Source of the DNA: Caldisericia bacterium
GTDB lineage: Bacteria > Caldisericota > Caldisericia > JAAYUI01
DNA: 64,000 nucleotides
Assembly: GCA_963674785.1 (NCBI GenBank)
Contig: OY771555.1
Coordinates: 992,001 to 1,056,000, forward strand
Direction of reading: 5' to 3'
How positions within the stretch are numbered: the first letter of the stretch is position 1; every line of letters begins with the position of its first letter. Of the stretch, positions 29,919 to 39,242 are shown one piece after another. A program made the translations under genes and the position numbers. Under the pieces are notes generated by a model. That model saw only the letters and a program-made list of their open reading frames with translations, searched no databases and was not told the DNA's origin.

Positions 29919-31436
29919 ATGAAGAAAAATTCAATAATCGGTATTTTGGCTGTTGCAATAGTAATCGTACTAGTTTTAATCTTTGTTTTTGTAGATTGTG
30001 ATGGTGGTGAGAAGGTGCGAAACGTGGATATTCCAGAAGTTATTCCAGATGAAAAAGTAGTTGATAATTCAAATAACGGCACCTCAGAGGCTGTCACAAA
30101 GGATGCTGAGCTAGGCACACCTGACACAATCCCAGCAGAAGATGAAGTAACAGGCAATGGTTCATCCTCCTCTGCCTACACCATGACCGATTCAATGGAA
30201 GAGCCACCATTCCCAGAGGCAACCCCTGCAACTGAATGGAGAATGTTCAGACGTACCCCTGATAACATGGGTCTGGTCTCATCTGACATAAAGCTCCCAC
30301 TTGGAAAAGAGTGGAATGAGGGTGACAATCCAGAATACAGACAGGTTTCTTTTGGTGCTCCCGCTGCAAACTATATCTATGGTTCACCTGCCATTGTAAA
30401 TGGTCATATATTTTTTGGCGTGAAGCTTGGGTATGTTCAGGCACACACATTTAAAACAGGTGGATATCAGTGGAGAAATACAGAAACAATCAAGGGCAGT
30501 GTTACAACCTCAATTGCGGCTGATGATAAAAATATATATTTTGGAACAGCAGGCACAGGAAAGATGATGTGTTTTGACCAGAAAGGTAAACTTGATGTTG
30601 ATGAAGAAGGGAATGAAATCCTTATTGATGTAAAGGTTTGGGAATTTCAGACTGGCCAAAACATCAGCGTTCCACCAGGAACAACAGATGAAAGATATAA
30701 AAACCCAGTCATCATGAGCAGCCCAAAAATCCTTGATGGAAAGCTCTATTTTGGTGCATTTGATGGCAAGATGTACTGCCTCAACACAAAAGATGGCAGC
30801 AAGGTCTGGGAATATCAGACCTCATCAAAGGTCTATGCATCTCCGGCTATTGCTGCTGGAAGGCTCTACTTTACAAACTACGATGGAAATGTTTTCTGTC
30901 TTGATGCTGCTTCAGGTAAACTCATCTGGAAAACTGCGCTTCCAAAAAACACAGTCGCATCTCCAGTTGTTTTTGGACCACGTGTCTGGATTGGTTGCAA
31001 AAACGCAAAGATGTACTGCCTGAAGGCATATGATGGTGAGATTCTTTGGGACTATCAAGCACTAGACTCTGATTTTGGAATTGAGGCATGCCCTGCAATC
31101 GACAAAGACAACATCTACTTTGGCGACAGCTCAGGTCACTTCCAGGCTCTAAACCGTATCACAGGTGAAGAGGTCTGGCAGGTGAAGGTTTCAGACAACG
31201 CCGATGCCCCTGCTGTCAACAGCTCCCCGATTATCACAGACGACAAGATTTTTGTTGGTGCACACGACAAACATCTCTATGTGCTTGATAAAAAGACAGG
31301 TGAAACCCTTGACCAGTTCCTGACCCAGGGAAGCATACTCGCATCCCCCGTCATCATCGGTCGCGAGGTGCTTGCACCAAGCTATGATGCGTATGTTTAT
31401 ATTCTCAGAGAGAGAGGGTCAGCTAAGCCGGAGTAA
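29919..31436 (+). CDS. membrane-anchored PQQ-like (BamB-like) beta-propeller protein
   Basis: N-terminal TM; WRMFR; repeats SSPxIxDGxxYFGxxDGxxYCLxxxxGxxxW. Confidence 0.85.
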   Translation: MKKNSIIGILAVAIVIVLVLIFVFVDCDGGEKVRNVDIPEVIPDEKVVDNSNNGTSEAVTKDAELGTPDTIPAEDEVTGNGSSSSAYTMTDSMEEPPFPEATPATEWRMFRRTPDNMGLVSSDIKLPLGKEWNEGDNPEYRQVSFGAPAANYIYGSPAIVNGHIFFGVKLGYVQAHTFKTGGYQWRNTETIKGSVTTSIAADDKNIYFGTAGTGKMMCFDQKGKLDVDEEGNEILIDVKVWEFQTGQNISVPPGTTDERYKNPVIMSSPKILDGKLYFGAFDGKMYCLNTKDGSKVWEYQTSSKVYASPAIAAGRLYFTNYDGNVFCLDAASGKLIWKTALPKNTVASPVVFGPRVWIGCKNAKMYCLKAYDGEILWDYQALDSDFGIEACPAIDKDNIYFGDSSGHFQALNRITGEEVWQVKVSDNADAPAVNSSPIITDDKIFVGAHDKHLYVLDKKTGETLDQFLTQGSILASPVIIGREVLAPSYDAYVYILRERGSAKPE

Positions 31437-31443
31437 TCCTTCC

Positions 31444-31506
31444 GTCATGCCCGACTTGATCGGGCATCTCCTCACCGTCATCCCGGGCTTGACCCGGGTT
31501 CCAGGG
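31444..31506 (+). repeat. two tandem REP-like palindromes
   Basis: GTCATGCCCGA-CTTGA-TCGGGCAT and GTCATCCCGGG-CTTGA-CCCGGGTTCCAGGG; same layout as the reverse complement of 23908-23937. Confidence 0.75.
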
Positions 31507-32614
31507 TTTCTTTTGACTCATCACTCCCATCATCAATTGATGGGAGTTTTTTAAGACATACATCTATTAGGGCTAGCATTCTGAAAAATAAATAATTCTC
31601 TGTATCTTTATCTTTTATTGGTTTTACAGACTTTTTGCCTGCATCAAAATGTCTGATTTCATAATTATTACCAACATAAGTTAGGAACTTAAATTCTTTA
31701 TTTATATCATCAAATTCAAGGTCTGTTGAGATTTCATTAACAAGCCCTTCGGCAGAACTTTTCTTATCTAAATCTGGATTGTAAAGAGTTTTTATTCTTT
31801 CAAACACGCTCCAGATTTTCTCTAAAGCTGTTTTTCGGTCACCATTCCAAAACTTATTTTTTGCTTCAATGATTCTATCATTCAACCTTTGATCTTCAGT
31901 GTTTGGCTGAATTGAAGTCAACAATTCATTATTCATGCTGATATCTAGAATATCTGATAAATTGAGTGTTTTTGATGCACTGCATGAGTCGTCAATGAAT
32001 TTCTGGAATTCCTTTTTAGCTTCTAAGATAAACTCTTCTGCACTAAGATGTTCATTTTTCTTTGTTCTGTATTTTTTATCTCTGAAGTATTTTACCTTAA
32101 ACACTCCAGATTCAATTACCTGGGAGATTGTCAAAACCGAATACTCCAACAAAGTTTTTTTAATGTTGTAAATTTCTCCTTTTGGATACCCGTCATACTT
32201 ATGGTTTAAAGCAAGATCATAAAAAAACTTGCTAATATCGTTATGTGTTGGAAACTTTTCATCCTTGCCACAAATAATTTCTGCAAGTTCTTCTTCAAAA
32301 TCTAAGTTGTTTTCCCTGGCCTCAAGAAGTTTTTTTATCTGAGCTTTGTCTATTTGAGTTTGAACTTCAAGTTTGGTAATAAAATCACGAATTATTGCTT
32401 GTGCCTCTCTAAAGATATCAAGCTGGAAAAAGTATTCTCCATCAAAAAATGAATAAAATTCCAATCGGTCAAACCGTAATTGATATGATCCTGCTAGCTC
32501 ATTAGATACACTATCTCTCCAAGAATCAAAACCAACATCATCGAAATTGTATTTGCTTAGCTCAAAATCATATATCTGGGTGTAAAGATCCTGAAGCAGT
32601 TTAATTTTGTCCAT
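31478..32614 (-). CDS. AbiJ-like protein with HEPN-related C-terminal domain
   Basis: ALEKIWSVFERIKT...GNNYEIRH...YLFFRM resembles AbiJ-family C-termini; AT-rich; GGAGG RBS. Confidence 0.6.
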   Translation of the reverse strand: MDKIKLLQDLYTQIYDFELSKYNFDDVGFDSWRDSVSNELAGSYQLRFDRLEFYSFFDGEYFFQLDIFREAQAIIRDFITKLEVQTQIDKAQIKKLLEARENNLDFEEELAEIICGKDEKFPTHNDISKFFYDLALNHKYDGYPKGEIYNIKKTLLEYSVLTISQVIESGVFKVKYFRDKKYRTKKNEHLSAEEFILEAKKEFQKFIDDSCSASKTLNLSDILDISMNNELLTSIQPNTEDQRLNDRIIEAKNKFWNGDRKTALEKIWSVFERIKTLYNPDLDKKSSAEGLVNEISTDLEFDDINKEFKFLTYVGNNYEIRHFDAGKKSVKPIKDKDTENYLFFRMLALIDVCLKKLPSIDDGSDESKETLEPGSSPG

Positions 32615-32708
32615 GTTTTTTACTACCTCCCCGAGGTTTTTTGAATTTTCGAGTTATATGACCAATTTAATATATAGATACTCTAGATTGCACATGAGCG
32701 ATAGCTTT

Positions 32709-34139
32709 CTAAAATCGCCCAACCATCCCACAAACAACCCTCCACTGCTCTTCTGTGATCTTAAAGTTTGTGGCTTGGCTGAACTTGAAGATGTCGAGTT
32801 CAGAGAGTACCGGGTCGTCCTGGATTTCAGCTTTCAGCAGGGGTTTATCTGACAAATCCTTCACCATAGAAAGGTCGGCAGCCACCATCTTGCTGGGGTA
32901 TTCAAGAGAGAGGGCATATTCATCCTTCTCACCATCTGTTTCTATTATATATGGGTCTGAATCAATCTTCATGATGGCGTATATTCCAGCATTTTTTCCA
33001 GACATCCAGATTATTGCATTATGCCCTTTTTTGATTTTGTTTTTGTATCGTGTGACTCTCCAGCAATCGAGAGCATCATCAGCTATTGCATCAAGAATCC
33101 TGTACTTTTTTGGATTTGCCTGGAAAATCCAAGTTTTGATTTCGTCTTTCATTTCATCTTCCTTTTTTTCTATCCCACTCAAAGCTTCCTTTGCTTCAGT
33201 CAATAATTTCTGATAAGGTCTGCCCCTCTTCCCATCGGTATTTTTTATCACATCCTCAAGGATCGTTTTGTGGCAGTGTGTAAGGGCTTCATCTGCTGGG
33301 GTTTCTATGTCTGGGGTGACACCACAGCCCTCCCAGTTTGTTTCTGTGATTGGGTTTATTGCTCTTCCGCGGGGGATGAAAATCTCGAAATGATCATGGA
33401 TTTTGAATGGTGAACCGGGGTGTGCTCCACCTGCAGTACGCTCTCCGATGATGGTAGCCCGATTCAGGGCTTGGAGATTATAGGCAAACTCTTCACCGCC
33501 AGAAAAAGTAGTCCCACTTGTCAAAACATATATCGGTGTATCTGGTAACAATGTCCCCTTAACGTTAACTGTCCAGAATTCCTCGGTTTTTTCTTCCTCT
33601 CGGCAGTATATGGAATTGAGATGAACCGGCTCTTCATCAAAAAGGAAACTTGAGACAAATGTTACAGTGTGGGGGTTTCCACCCTTGCAATTCCTGAGGT
33701 CAAAAATGATATAGTCAGTGTTTGCAAGATAATTCATTGCAAAACTCAGTGTTTCTTTGCTTCCCCAGTTTGTATCAAAAAAATATCTGATGTCGATATA
33801 TCCAACATTTCCAGCCAATCTTTCAAGTTTGTAAACCCCAAAAGCATTTTGGCTTGCAATCAGCTTCATCTCTTCAAGCTTTTCTTTGTTTTTGAGCAGT
33901 GACCTTTTACTATCTGGAATTTTTTTCTCAAACCAGAGAACAGCAAGATGTTTGTCATTTGAAATCTTTTGGATGTGAGTGGTTAACTCAGTTGCGAGTA
34001 CCTCGGGGTCTTTGATGTTACCGTATTTTTTTATGTTTTCCTTGTGTGTCAAAATATCTTTTATTTTTTTCGCTACATCTAGGAAAATATAGTGTTTTTC
34101 AAGCTTTTCTGTTAGGTTGTTAATCAGTTCTTCTATCAT
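32709..34139 (-). CDS. S41 family peptidase fused to a C-terminal EVE domain
   Basis: IFDLRNCKGG, TFSGGEEFAY, GERTAGGA, NWEGCGVTPD; then WIFQANPKKY...QATNFKITEEQW. Confidence 0.8.
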   Translation of the reverse strand: MIEELINNLTEKLEKHYIFLDVAKKIKDILTHKENIKKYGNIKDPEVLATELTTHIQKISNDKHLAVLWFEKKIPDSKRSLLKNKEKLEEMKLIASQNAFGVYKLERLAGNVGYIDIRYFFDTNWGSKETLSFAMNYLANTDYIIFDLRNCKGGNPHTVTFVSSFLFDEEPVHLNSIYCREEEKTEEFWTVNVKGTLLPDTPIYVLTSGTTFSGGEEFAYNLQALNRATIIGERTAGGAHPGSPFKIHDHFEIFIPRGRAINPITETNWEGCGVTPDIETPADEALTHCHKTILEDVIKNTDGKRGRPYQKLLTEAKEALSGIEKKEDEMKDEIKTWIFQANPKKYRILDAIADDALDCWRVTRYKNKIKKGHNAIIWMSGKNAGIYAIMKIDSDPYIIETDGEKDEYALSLEYPSKMVAADLSMVKDLSDKPLLKAEIQDDPVLSELDIFKFSQATNFKITEEQWRVVCGMVGRF

Positions 34140-34650
34140 TTTCACTCCCAACTATCCCGCACCACATCTTTCCACCTGGGCATGTGTCATTATAGCTACA
34201 TTTCCCGCATTGAGAAGACATAAACAAAAGAAAGTGAGCGATGATGAGGACAAAATAGACCACAAGATAAACCCAGCCGAACATGTACACCCAATAGACT
34301 GGGAAAAGGATGGTGACAAAGAGAATACTCTCACCAAAGGTTGCGTTGATCTTGAAAAACTTTGGGTCGTGTTCCCTCCGGTTTTTGTAAAGAACTGTTG
34401 AAAGGAGATTTCCAAGATATACCCCGCAAAGAGCAGGACAATAGCGACCGCGATATGGGCAACCAATGCAACACCCAGCTTGAAAGAAATTCACCAGAAT
34501 GTAGAGTGCAAAAAGTGTGATCATCAGCCATATTGAAAATGTGTAGAGGATGTAGGAAGTCAGGGCAAAAACAGCGATGAGAGGTAGCAGAGAAACTGAA
34601 TATAAGACCTTATCTTTTACTGTCCATTCGTAACACTTCTTTTTTGTCAT
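34120..34650 (-). CDS. Cys-rich four-TM membrane protein
   Basis: CIGCPYRGRYC and CGKCSYNDTCP after TM pairs. Confidence 0.7.
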   Translation of the reverse strand: MTKKKCYEWTVKDKVLYSVSLLPLIAVFALTSYILYTFSIWLMITLFALYILVNFFQAGCCIGCPYRGRYCPALCGVYLGNLLSTVLYKNRREHDPKFFKINATFGESILFVTILFPVYWVYMFGWVYLVVYFVLIIAHFLLFMSSQCGKCSYNDTCPGGKMWCGIVGSENDRRTD

Positions 34651-35246
34651 TACAATCTCTCCTCGTAGCTTTTGCCAAATGTGGGGAAGTTTTCAAAAAA
34701 TGTTTTTCGAACCGCGGGTGGGGTTCGGTTCAGTGGACATGAGATTTGGTAGCACCTTGTGCATCTTTTGGTTATAAGCAAAGAGAAACCTATAATTACG
34801 GATAGCGATGTCAAAGTGAGTATTAGCCATTGTGAGCTGATGATGAAAAAAGGGACAAACCAGAGGAAGAGGATCGCAACATAAACAATCCAAAAGACTT
34901 TTTCCCACGTGGCAAGCGGTTTTGGGTCATACTTTGGAATTTTTGGAAGACCCCAGTTTGCATGGCATGTCAGAGTTTTCCCAGGTTCTGCATAGTGTGG
35001 GCAATGACGACAGAGAACAAGTGCCTCGAAGTAAATGAAGAAACTTGCAGCAAGCCCGATCCATATTATTAACCAGAGGTAGAATTTTCCTATGATCATT
35101 CCTGTTATGAAGAAGATAAAAAACCAGACACCACCAAGGAAAAACCCAAGAAGATCTTTTTTTGTGTGGGTACACATCAGTTTCCCTTCAATCTTACATC
35201 CATCACATGTAGAATTCTTGCACTCAGAAGCAGCTTTTTTGCCCAT
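34650..35246 (-). CDS. Cys-rich four-TM membrane protein
   Basis: CRHCPHY...CHAN and CTRCYQISCPLN; GAAGGGGG RBS; TAATG coupling to the next gene. Confidence 0.7.
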   Translation of the reverse strand: MGKKAASECKNSTCDGCKIEGKLMCTHTKKDLLGFFLGGVWFFIFFITGMIIGKFYLWLIIWIGLAASFFIYFEALVLCRHCPHYAEPGKTLTCHANWGLPKIPKYDPKPLATWEKVFWIVYVAILFLWFVPFFIISSQWLILTLTSLSVIIGFSLLITKRCTRCYQISCPLNRTPPAVRKTFFENFPTFGKSYEERL

Positions 35247-35336
35247 TTTCTGTCCCCCTTCTAATAACAAAATCTTGCTCTCCGGTACTTGCTCTTTCAA
35301 TTAACCTGGAATTAGAATAATTGCCTTTATTTCTGA

Positions 35337-35365
35337 TTGCTTCTTAACTTCGAATCTGTTATATT
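35337..35365 (+). promoter_or_regulatory. sigma70 promoter, probably leaderless, for the redoxin/ABC operon
   Basis: TTGCTT-17-TATATT (TG extended), ATG 6 nt downstream. Confidence 0.55.
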
Positions 35366-35371
35366 ATACCC

Positions 35372-35899
35372 ATGAGGGGTATATGGATTCTGATTTTAAC
35401 AGTATTTCTTGCACTGGGGTGTTCATCTGGTGCAGATACTCTTCCTGTGATTTCCTCTTGTGACTATTGTATTTCTGTTGTTTCTGGCATTGGTGAAAAA
35501 TTTCGAGATTTTACAGAGTTTAGCTATACTAGATTTGATAACTCTATTGTTGATTATAAACCCGAAAATAACAATCTTTTGATTTTTTGGCGATATGGTT
35601 GCGAAAGCTGCAGGTCTGAGCTTGATTATATTGAGGATTTCGTGGCAAAATATGACACAGAATTGTTGGTGATTTGCATAAATGATGTTGATTCCCTGCC
35701 AATTGTCATGGATGTCTTGCATGAACTAGATCCATCATTTGAGATTGTTTTTGATCCTTCTGGTGCCCTTCGGGTTCCATATCAAGTTTCCTCGGTGCCT
35801 GATTCGATTTATTTTTCCAGTAATGGTGATATAATAGAAAGAAGGAGAGCTTCCATTGACGAATTAACGCTACCCAGACTGATTGGAGAAAACAGATGA
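35372..35899 (+). CDS. TlpA/redoxin-like lipoprotein
   Basis: lipobox LGC; CDYC; FWRYGCESCRSEL; YQVSSVP cis-Pro loop. Confidence 0.75.
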   Translation: MRGIWILILTVFLALGCSSGADTLPVISSCDYCISVVSGIGEKFRDFTEFSYTRFDNSIVDYKPENNNLLIFWRYGCESCRSELDYIEDFVAKYDTELLVICINDVDSLPIVMDVLHELDPSFEIVFDPSGALRVPYQVSSVPDSIYFSSNGDIIERRRASIDELTLPRLIGENR

Positions 35900-37041
35900 C
35901 AATAACATCTTTGTCACTTAAAGGGCTACTGAGGAAACCAGCTGGATTTATTGCCTCAGTGCTAACGGTTTCTGTGGCTGCTTTTGTTGCCTGCCTATCT
36001 TTTGGTTTGTGGGTTGGATATGATTCAGCTTTGAGAGATGATATTGGTGGTATGGGTGCAGAGATTCTTGCTATCCCAAAAGGTTGCCCATATGAGGCAA
36101 CGGGTGCAATTCTTTCTGGTTCTGCGATTGGCTACTCAATCGATACTGGTTTGATGGAGCAGGCTCGAGAAACCATTGGTGTGGCTGAGGTTTCTGGGGT
36201 CATTATGGGACAGCGTGGAGCTGGTAAAAACAATAAAGTCATTGTTTTTAATGGCATCGATGAAAACTTTTTTACCTTAAAACCACAGTTTGGATTTGAT
36301 GGGGTTGTAGAAAAGGGAGAGGTCATTCTTGGTTATCACACTTCGAAACTTCTTGAGGTAGGAGTTGGGGATACTCTTCAAATTGCAAAAAGAGATTTTG
36401 AAGTCACACATGTTTTTGATGAATTCGGAAGCAATGATGACCTGCTTGTTTTGATGGAAATATCTGATGCCTGGGAATTGCTTAATGTTGACTCGAAACT
36501 CTCATCGGTTTTGATAAAACTTGATGACCCAGATGATGCTGAGATTGTCTCTGCTAGATTGATGGAGATTCCAGACCTGCAGGTTATTACTGTCAATGAG
36601 TTTTATGAAACTGTTTCAGGATTTATTGATGGTGCAAAAATGGCTGTGAGTGCTGTTCTTTTAATTGTACTTCTCATAGCATTTATCGGGATAATTCTTG
36701 CTCAAACAAGCTCCACCATCCAACGCAGAGGAGAGATTGGCATGATGAGGGCAATTGGTGCCTCAAAAACTCATATGGTTTTTGTATCACTTATTTCTGC
36801 AGGTTTCCTTGGTTTGATTGGGAGTTTGGTTGGGGCATCTCTTGGGTCTGTTTTTTCTGGGTCGATTGAAAACCTCATACGTACAACCCTTCCACAAGTA
36901 CCAAATGGTTCAATTATTCAGATAAACGTTCAGATAATGTTGATTACAGTTCTTTTGATGGCTGTGGTTTCAGTTTTAGCAGGATTAGTACCCACACTTC
37001 AAATTGTGAAAATTCGTCCAGTGGAGGCGATAAGTGAATAA
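35896..37041 (+). CDS. MacB/FtsX-type ABC permease
   Basis: 1+3 TM topology; QRRGEIGMMRAIGAS; PKGCPY. Confidence 0.9.
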   Translation: MTITSLSLKGLLRKPAGFIASVLTVSVAAFVACLSFGLWVGYDSALRDDIGGMGAEILAIPKGCPYEATGAILSGSAIGYSIDTGLMEQARETIGVAEVSGVIMGQRGAGKNNKVIVFNGIDENFFTLKPQFGFDGVVEKGEVILGYHTSKLLEVGVGDTLQIAKRDFEVTHVFDEFGSNDDLLVLMEISDAWELLNVDSKLSSVLIKLDDPDDAEIVSARLMEIPDLQVITVNEFYETVSGFIDGAKMAVSAVLLIVLLIAFIGIILAQTSSTIQRRGEIGMMRAIGASKTHMVFVSLISAGFLGLIGSLVGASLGSVFSGSIENLIRTTLPQVPNGSIIQINVQIMLITVLLMAVVSVLAGLVPTLQIVKIRPVEAISE

Positions 37042-37705
37042 AATAGCGATAAAAACAGATTTACTTTCGAAGTTTTATAGTCGAGGAAGCGAAAAAATAA
37101 AAGCTGTGAATGAGGTCTCAATTGAGATAAAAAAAGGTGAGATGGTGGCGGTTATTGGAAGATCTGGTGCCGGCAAAACAACCCTGCTTTCCTGCATGGG
37201 TTTGCTCGAAGGATTTGACTCTGGAAAGCTGTTTATTAATGGCACTGATTTGACTGGAACCACCGAATCAAAGAGAACAAAATTGAGACTCAAATATCTT
37301 GGTTTTATTTTTCAGAGATTTTATCTCCTTCCAACCATGAACAGTTTTGAAAACATCTCGATTCCATTTTTGTTTTCTGGGAGGAAAGCCCCAAAAGGTC
37401 GAATTGATGAACTGCTCGAGATGGTTGGTTTGACCGAGAGAAAGCTTCACAGACCATATGAGCTTTCAGGTGGCGAGATGCAAAGAGTCGCTGTTGCAAG
37501 GGCTTTGGCACTTGACCCTGACATAATCATTGCCGATGAGCCGACAGGGAACTTAGATAGCGGAAATGCAAACAGAATTTTTTCCCTTCTGAAGAATTTG
37601 GCGAATAATGGAAAAACAATTATAATTGCAACACATAGCGGAGAGCTTGCGGGAAGTTGTGATCGAATAATAGAAATGCTTGACGGAAAGGTGGTAAATT
37701 CATGA
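37034..37705 (+). CDS. ABC ATP-binding protein (LolD/MacB type)
   Basis: GRSGAGKT, LSGGEMQRVAVARAL, ADEPTGNLD. Confidence 0.95.
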   Translation: MNKIAIKTDLLSKFYSRGSEKIKAVNEVSIEIKKGEMVAVIGRSGAGKTTLLSCMGLLEGFDSGKLFINGTDLTGTTESKRTKLRLKYLGFIFQRFYLLPTMNSFENISIPFLFSGRKAPKGRIDELLEMVGLTERKLHRPYELSGGEMQRVAVARALALDPDIIIADEPTGNLDSGNANRIFSLLKNLANNGKTIIIATHSGELAGSCDRIIEMLDGKVVNS

Positions 37706-38094
37706 AGAAAATGATTTCGCTTGTGGTTGTTTTGTTGCTTGCTGTTGTCATTATGACAGCTTGCGGAGCTGGAGAGTCTACATTTGGGCCAGAACTTGAT
37801 CCCAACATTGATTATGTAAAATCAACTGTTGGAGAGATATTTGTCGATCCAGAACTTTTTGATACTAATGTTGTCCTCGAGGTTGAACTTGTTGAAATTT
37901 GCCCTGCCGGTTGTTGGTTATACATTGCTGACCCAGATGATACAAACAATATCACGCTTTATGTCACAAGACTCAAAGACAGCTTCACCGTTCCAATGGA
38001 GGTTGAGGGAAAAATCGCAAAAGTCTGGGGCAAGGTGACCGCAAACAATCGAGGTGAAATTCTCGAGGGTCACAGGGTAGAAGTCATCGAATAG
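37702..38094 (+). CDS. lipoprotein, probable OB-fold (DUF4920-like)
   Basis: lipobox MTAC; EICPAGCW motif. Confidence 0.6.
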   Translation: MKKMISLVVVLLLAVVIMTACGAGESTFGPELDPNIDYVKSTVGEIFVDPELFDTNVVLEVELVEICPAGCWLYIADPDDTNNITLYVTRLKDSFTVPMEVEGKIAKVWGKVTANNRGEILEGHRVEVIE

Positions 38095-38096
38095 AA

Positions 38097-39242
38097 ATGA
38101 ACTGGCTTCTATTTGCATTCAGAGGAATAACAGCAAGAAAAGGCTCATGGATACTTTCCGCTGTGTCCATCGCCTTTTCTTTGATGCTTGTGCTTCTTCT
38201 TTTCTCTTTCTACTCGGGATACAAGATTGCCATGGAATCAGAACTTTCAACACTTGGGGTTCAGGTCATGGCAGTACCAAAGGGCTGTCCATATGCCTCA
38301 ACTGCTCTGCTTCTTCATGGTGGACATATCGAAGGTGAACTCCCCGAAAACTCTGTATCTGAAATCTCAGAATTGGACGGTGTGAAGAGGGCTGAGGGGG
38401 TTGTGATGGGTCAGCTTCATCTTGATTCTGGCAAAAAGATAATTCTTTTTGGAACAACTCCAGGATTTTCTGAACTTAAAACTCTGTGGGAAATTGATGG
38501 TGAGTATCCGGCTGATTCTGATTTTGTGGTACTGGGTTCGAGCATGGCTGAACAACTGGGACTAAAAATTCGTGACAGCTTCAATCTTGGCGAAAATGAG
38601 GTTTCAGTTTCTGGAATCTTGAAACCAACGGGCTCATCAGATGACAGCTTTATTTTTCCAACCATTGAGCTAGCAAGAGAGCTACTCGGACTTTCAGGTT
38701 TTACGGCGGTTTTTGCAGATGTAGAGTCAGGGATGTTAACAGACGTCAGTTCGGGGATTGAGGAATTAACAGATGCACAACCGGTAACTGTGAATCAGGT
38801 GGCAACAACAATCGGTGGACTTGTTGATTCAGCTGGCACAATTTTATTTGCTGTTATTCTGGTTGCTATTTTTGCGAGTGCTGCGGTTGTCGCTGGAAGC
38901 TCACTTCTTGGCATAATTGAGCAATCAAAACTCATTGGTATTCAGAGGTCAATTGGGGCATCACCACTGCAGGTTTCCTTTGGAGTGATTCTGCAAACAC
39001 TCATCACCACAGTTTTTGGAGGAGTCGCTGGAATACTTCTGGTATTTCTTCTGAAAACTCCACTTGAAAACCTGCTTCGCGTCTTGATTCCAAATGCACC
39101 ACTTACTGACCTTGTTCTTATCTCCCCATCCATGATCTTCATCACTTTTGGGGTAGCCGTGGCTTTGGGTTTGGTGTCTGCTATTCCGTCACTTTTTGCA
39201 ACACTCAGGAGTTCACCACTTACTATGGCTGGCGGGGCTTAG
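38097..39242 (+). CDS. second MacB/FtsX-type ABC permease
   Basis: PKGCPY; IGIQRSIGAS; same topology as 35896-37041. Confidence 0.88.
   Translation: MNWLLFAFRGITARKGSWILSAVSIAFSLMLVLLLFSFYSGYKIAMESELSTLGVQVMAVPKGCPYASTALLLHGGHIEGELPENSVSEISELDGVKRAEGVVMGQLHLDSGKKIILFGTTPGFSELKTLWEIDGEYPADSDFVVLGSSMAEQLGLKIRDSFNLGENEVSVSGILKPTGSSDDSFIFPTIELARELLGLSGFTAVFADVESGMLTDVSSGIEELTDAQPVTVNQVATTIGGLVDSAGTILFAVILVAIFASAAVVAGSSLLGIIEQSKLIGIQRSIGASPLQVSFGVILQTLITTVFGGVAGILLVFLLKTPLENLLRVLIPNAPLTDLVLISPSMIFITFGVAVALGLVSAIPSLFATLRSSPLTMAGGA

Noticed and set aside
24185-31436. Diversity-generating retroelement targeting the propeller proteins
   Set aside because: No reverse transcriptase and no template/variable repeat pair with adenine-specific mismatches seen; the ruvC repeat differences are codon-synonymous, not adenine-directed
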